A stretch of DNA of 64,000 bases, taken from NCBI GenBank assembly GCA_965219955.1, contig OZ244799.1, forward strand, positions 1,888,001-1,952,000, in the 5' to 3' direction. Origin of the DNA: a bacterium (lineage in GTDB: Bacteria; UBA8248). Shown here in pieces: positions 61,938 through 64,000 of this stretch. The notes below the pieces were generated by a model. That model did no database searches. It was not told where the DNA came from and saw only the letters and a program-made list of their open reading frames with translations. A program made the translations under genes and the position numbers. Position 1 is the stretch's first letter. Every line of letters starts with the position of its first letter.

Positions 61938-62769
61938 GCCGGGTAGGCGGGGGCATTGCTGCGCCACTCCCCCCACAGAGCCGGACGTGCGGGCACTACC
62001 GCATCCGGTTCCTCACGTGTCGGGTTTGCTCAAGGACGTTGTCGCCCCTGATCCGCAGATGCCGGGAACCACAGCCCCCCGGCGCCTGGCATGGCTATCC
62101 GCCGCCGTTACGTTGACGCGAGTGACGGAGCTCAGTGTCTCCCCCGCGTGTCCCGTCAGCGGGTCCGATCACGCGGTGCCCCCCTTCCCTCGGACGGGTC
62201 CCGATGGCCACGGTTCCCCGCCTTCAACGGTAATATGAGGGCGCTACGACTCCCGACACTGCATCCATCGGACTTATTGTTTTCGCCTTTCAGTACCATG
62301 CGCGCCTGCTCTGTTCGTGCCGTCGCTCACGCGCTCCCGACGCCCCGCAGGCAGGGTATCATCGGGCCGGGGTTTGGATTTAGGGCCGGTTACACCCCCG
62401 ACCGGCCATCGTTCACATGGACAGTGCCGGGCCTCTCAGGTTCCCTGGCGACCCATCCCGTGACTTTGCAGCGTTCTACGACCCCGGAGGGTCCTGCAAC
62501 GCCTCACCCGTAGCGGCGTCTGCGGTGCAGCCCCCATGACACTTAAACACAAAGGCACCCTCGCATTACGATTTCGAGGCTCAATAGCGCTGCTTCGCCA
62601 CCCCCTGTGTACGCTTCTCGACGTGCGTTGCCGTCCGCCACGCAACACTCGGTTCCGGCTGGCTGGCATGGCCTTTGCCGCGCGGGAGTTGAACCCGCTG
62701 GGTCGCGATGAAGAGTTTCAGCGATTTCAGGTCATCACATCCTCCCTTCCAGAGCTTAGCCTGACGCAA
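61938..62769 (-). ncRNA. ORF-less group II intron (IIB-like, bacterial class D/E-type), ~832 nt
   Basis: On the minus strand it begins TTGCG. Domain I motifs gaagcgtacacaggg and attgagcctcgaaa. Domain V gaaccggatgcggtagtgcccgcacgtccggctctgtgggggg. Domain VI ends cctacccggc. Only a stop-containing RT N-terminal trace remains. Confidence 0.88.
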
Positions 62770-63409
62770 TAAACGTTCGGCGGCAAGGTGATGGAAGACT
62801 AGAAAACACAGGCTCAAGCTGGCTAGACCGCGTAATTCCTAGAAATGTCTTCGGCATCGCCTGTGTTATCACCCCACGACCGAACGGTTATTACCCGGCC
62901 CCCGACACTCGCCCGCAGGGATACGCAGGGGTTGGAATGAATCCGCTTGCGGCTTGATTACAGACTCTACGGGGCCGATTCGGGATCAGGCCGGAATCAG
63001 TTCGGAAAATGAGTTAACAGATATAAAATCAACGCGATAGCGAAATCTCAGACATGACGGAAAATTCTCGATAACCCCGGATTCCTGGATAATTCGATAA
63101 ATTCAGATAAATTCACGGGGTTTTTCGATAAATAAATGGGAATTTATTTGCTTTGAAATGACGCCGCGAAATCCGGGCGCAGGGGGGATTCTGCCATGGC
63201 CCGCCAGACCTGCGGTGACGGCAAATGCGGGGAGTTGCGGGAGCGGAATTCCCCCGGATTCACGGGTCACACGGTCCGCAAGGATCCGGAATCGGCGGAA
63301 ATCGCGATGATTTTACGGGGAGTTCCTGAACACAAGACAGGCGGAACGATTGTGATATCCTGCTTTAGGTACTACATGTAATATATTGATATATAGTCGG
63401 TTATTTATT

Positions 63410-63937
63410 TCATTTCGCACGCCAGCAGCGCGGGTCGTGAGGTTCGGGTATCCTGCCGACGCTCTCGAGGTAGGCTTCCGCGATCTTGGGCCCCATAAAC
63501 GTGAATTCCGCGCGAAATATCTTTTGAAGCGAGGGAAGATCGTCCGGCAGTGAGGCGAGATAGCGGTTGAACGAGCCGTGTTTTTTCTTGATGGCGAGGA
63601 ATTTCTTGGCGTTCTCGATTGTCGCCTCGATTTTCTTGCGGTTGCGCACGACGCCCGGGTTTCCGAGAATGCGCTCGATGTCCTTCTCGGTGAAACGGGC
63701 GACTTTTTCGGGTGAGAACCCCATGAATTCCTTTCTGAACGCCTCGCGCTTATGGAGGATGGTGCGCCAGGAGAGGCCCGCCTGAAAGATTTCGAGCGTC
63801 AGTTGCTCGAAGTGTTTCCGGGTCGTACGGACGGGAAAGCCCCACTCCTCGTCGTGGTATTTCTCCATCACCGGGTCGCCCTCGGCCCACGTGCATCTCG
63901 TGGGGTTGGGGATGTCTTTTCTCGTTCTGGGGGACAT
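63410..63937 (-). CDS. tag: DNA-3-methyladenine glycosylase I
   Basis: RCTWA, YHDEEWG, LEIFQAGLSWRTILHKREAF, VRNRKKIEA, HDPRCW. Confidence 0.93.
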   Translation of the reverse strand: MSPRTRKDIPNPTRCTWAEGDPVMEKYHDEEWGFPVRTTRKHFEQLTLEIFQAGLSWRTILHKREAFRKEFMGFSPEKVARFTEKDIERILGNPGVVRNRKKIEATIENAKKFLAIKKKHGSFNRYLASLPDDLPSLQKIFRAEFTFMGPKIAEAYLESVGRIPEPHDPRCWRAK

Positions 63938-64000
63938 ACGCTCTCTCGACAGGCGGCTAGGGGCTACAGGGGCCACTCCTCCATCTTCCAGCTCATATCC

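Noticed and set aside
62770-62785. taaacGTTCGGC next to the intron 5' end resembles an attC core site (attC-targeting intron)
   Set aside because: No complementary GCCGAAC inverse core on the other flank and no integron integrase or cassette array.
63068-63135. Short gataa(a)ttc repeats in an AT-rich gap (iteron or origin-like)
   Set aside because: Irregular spacing, few copies and no rep or dnaA context.

Overview
GC-rich bacterial window. Its gene content (betaine, amino-acid and polyamine uptake, TbpB-like lipoproteins, an autotransporter, many decayed integrases) resembles a marine or host-associated bacterium; that is inference only. About 1-14.8 kb is a decaying mobile-element region. 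It carries a 1703-aa exonuclease-RecQ-UvrD fusion helicase and a conjugative leading-region-like block (Zn-ribbon repeat protein, small acidic ORF, ssb, DUF4326, DUF2493, two long Frpo-like ssDNA stem-loops). It also holds a complete IS256 with a 9-bp target duplication and a nonsense codon. The rest is transport and housekeeping genes: aapJQMP, recQ, an Ala/Gly symporter, solute-binding proteins, proXWV, a DcaP porin, an RND pump, a K+ channel, a GCS2 ligase and tag. Many short gene scraps sit between them. The most unusual items are: (i) an archaeal/eukaryotic ribosomal protein eL13-like domain at the end of a long acidic repeat protein, split by a G5 frameshift; (ii) a (TTGAGGC)8 repeat that holds an upstream ORF one repeat unit out of frame with an autotransporter, a candidate phase-variation switch; (iii) a GPP34-cytochrome-b-like fusion co-oriented with an 11-heme cytochrome c and a DUF3365 heme protein; (iv) an ORF-less group II intron plus a stray copy of its 3' end; (v) a thermonuclease-TbpB-barrel surface lipoprotein; (vi) a DddW-like cupin beside a betaine-type transporter. 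No tRNA, rRNA or CRISPR array was seen. All family assignments come from reading motifs by eye, not from database searches.
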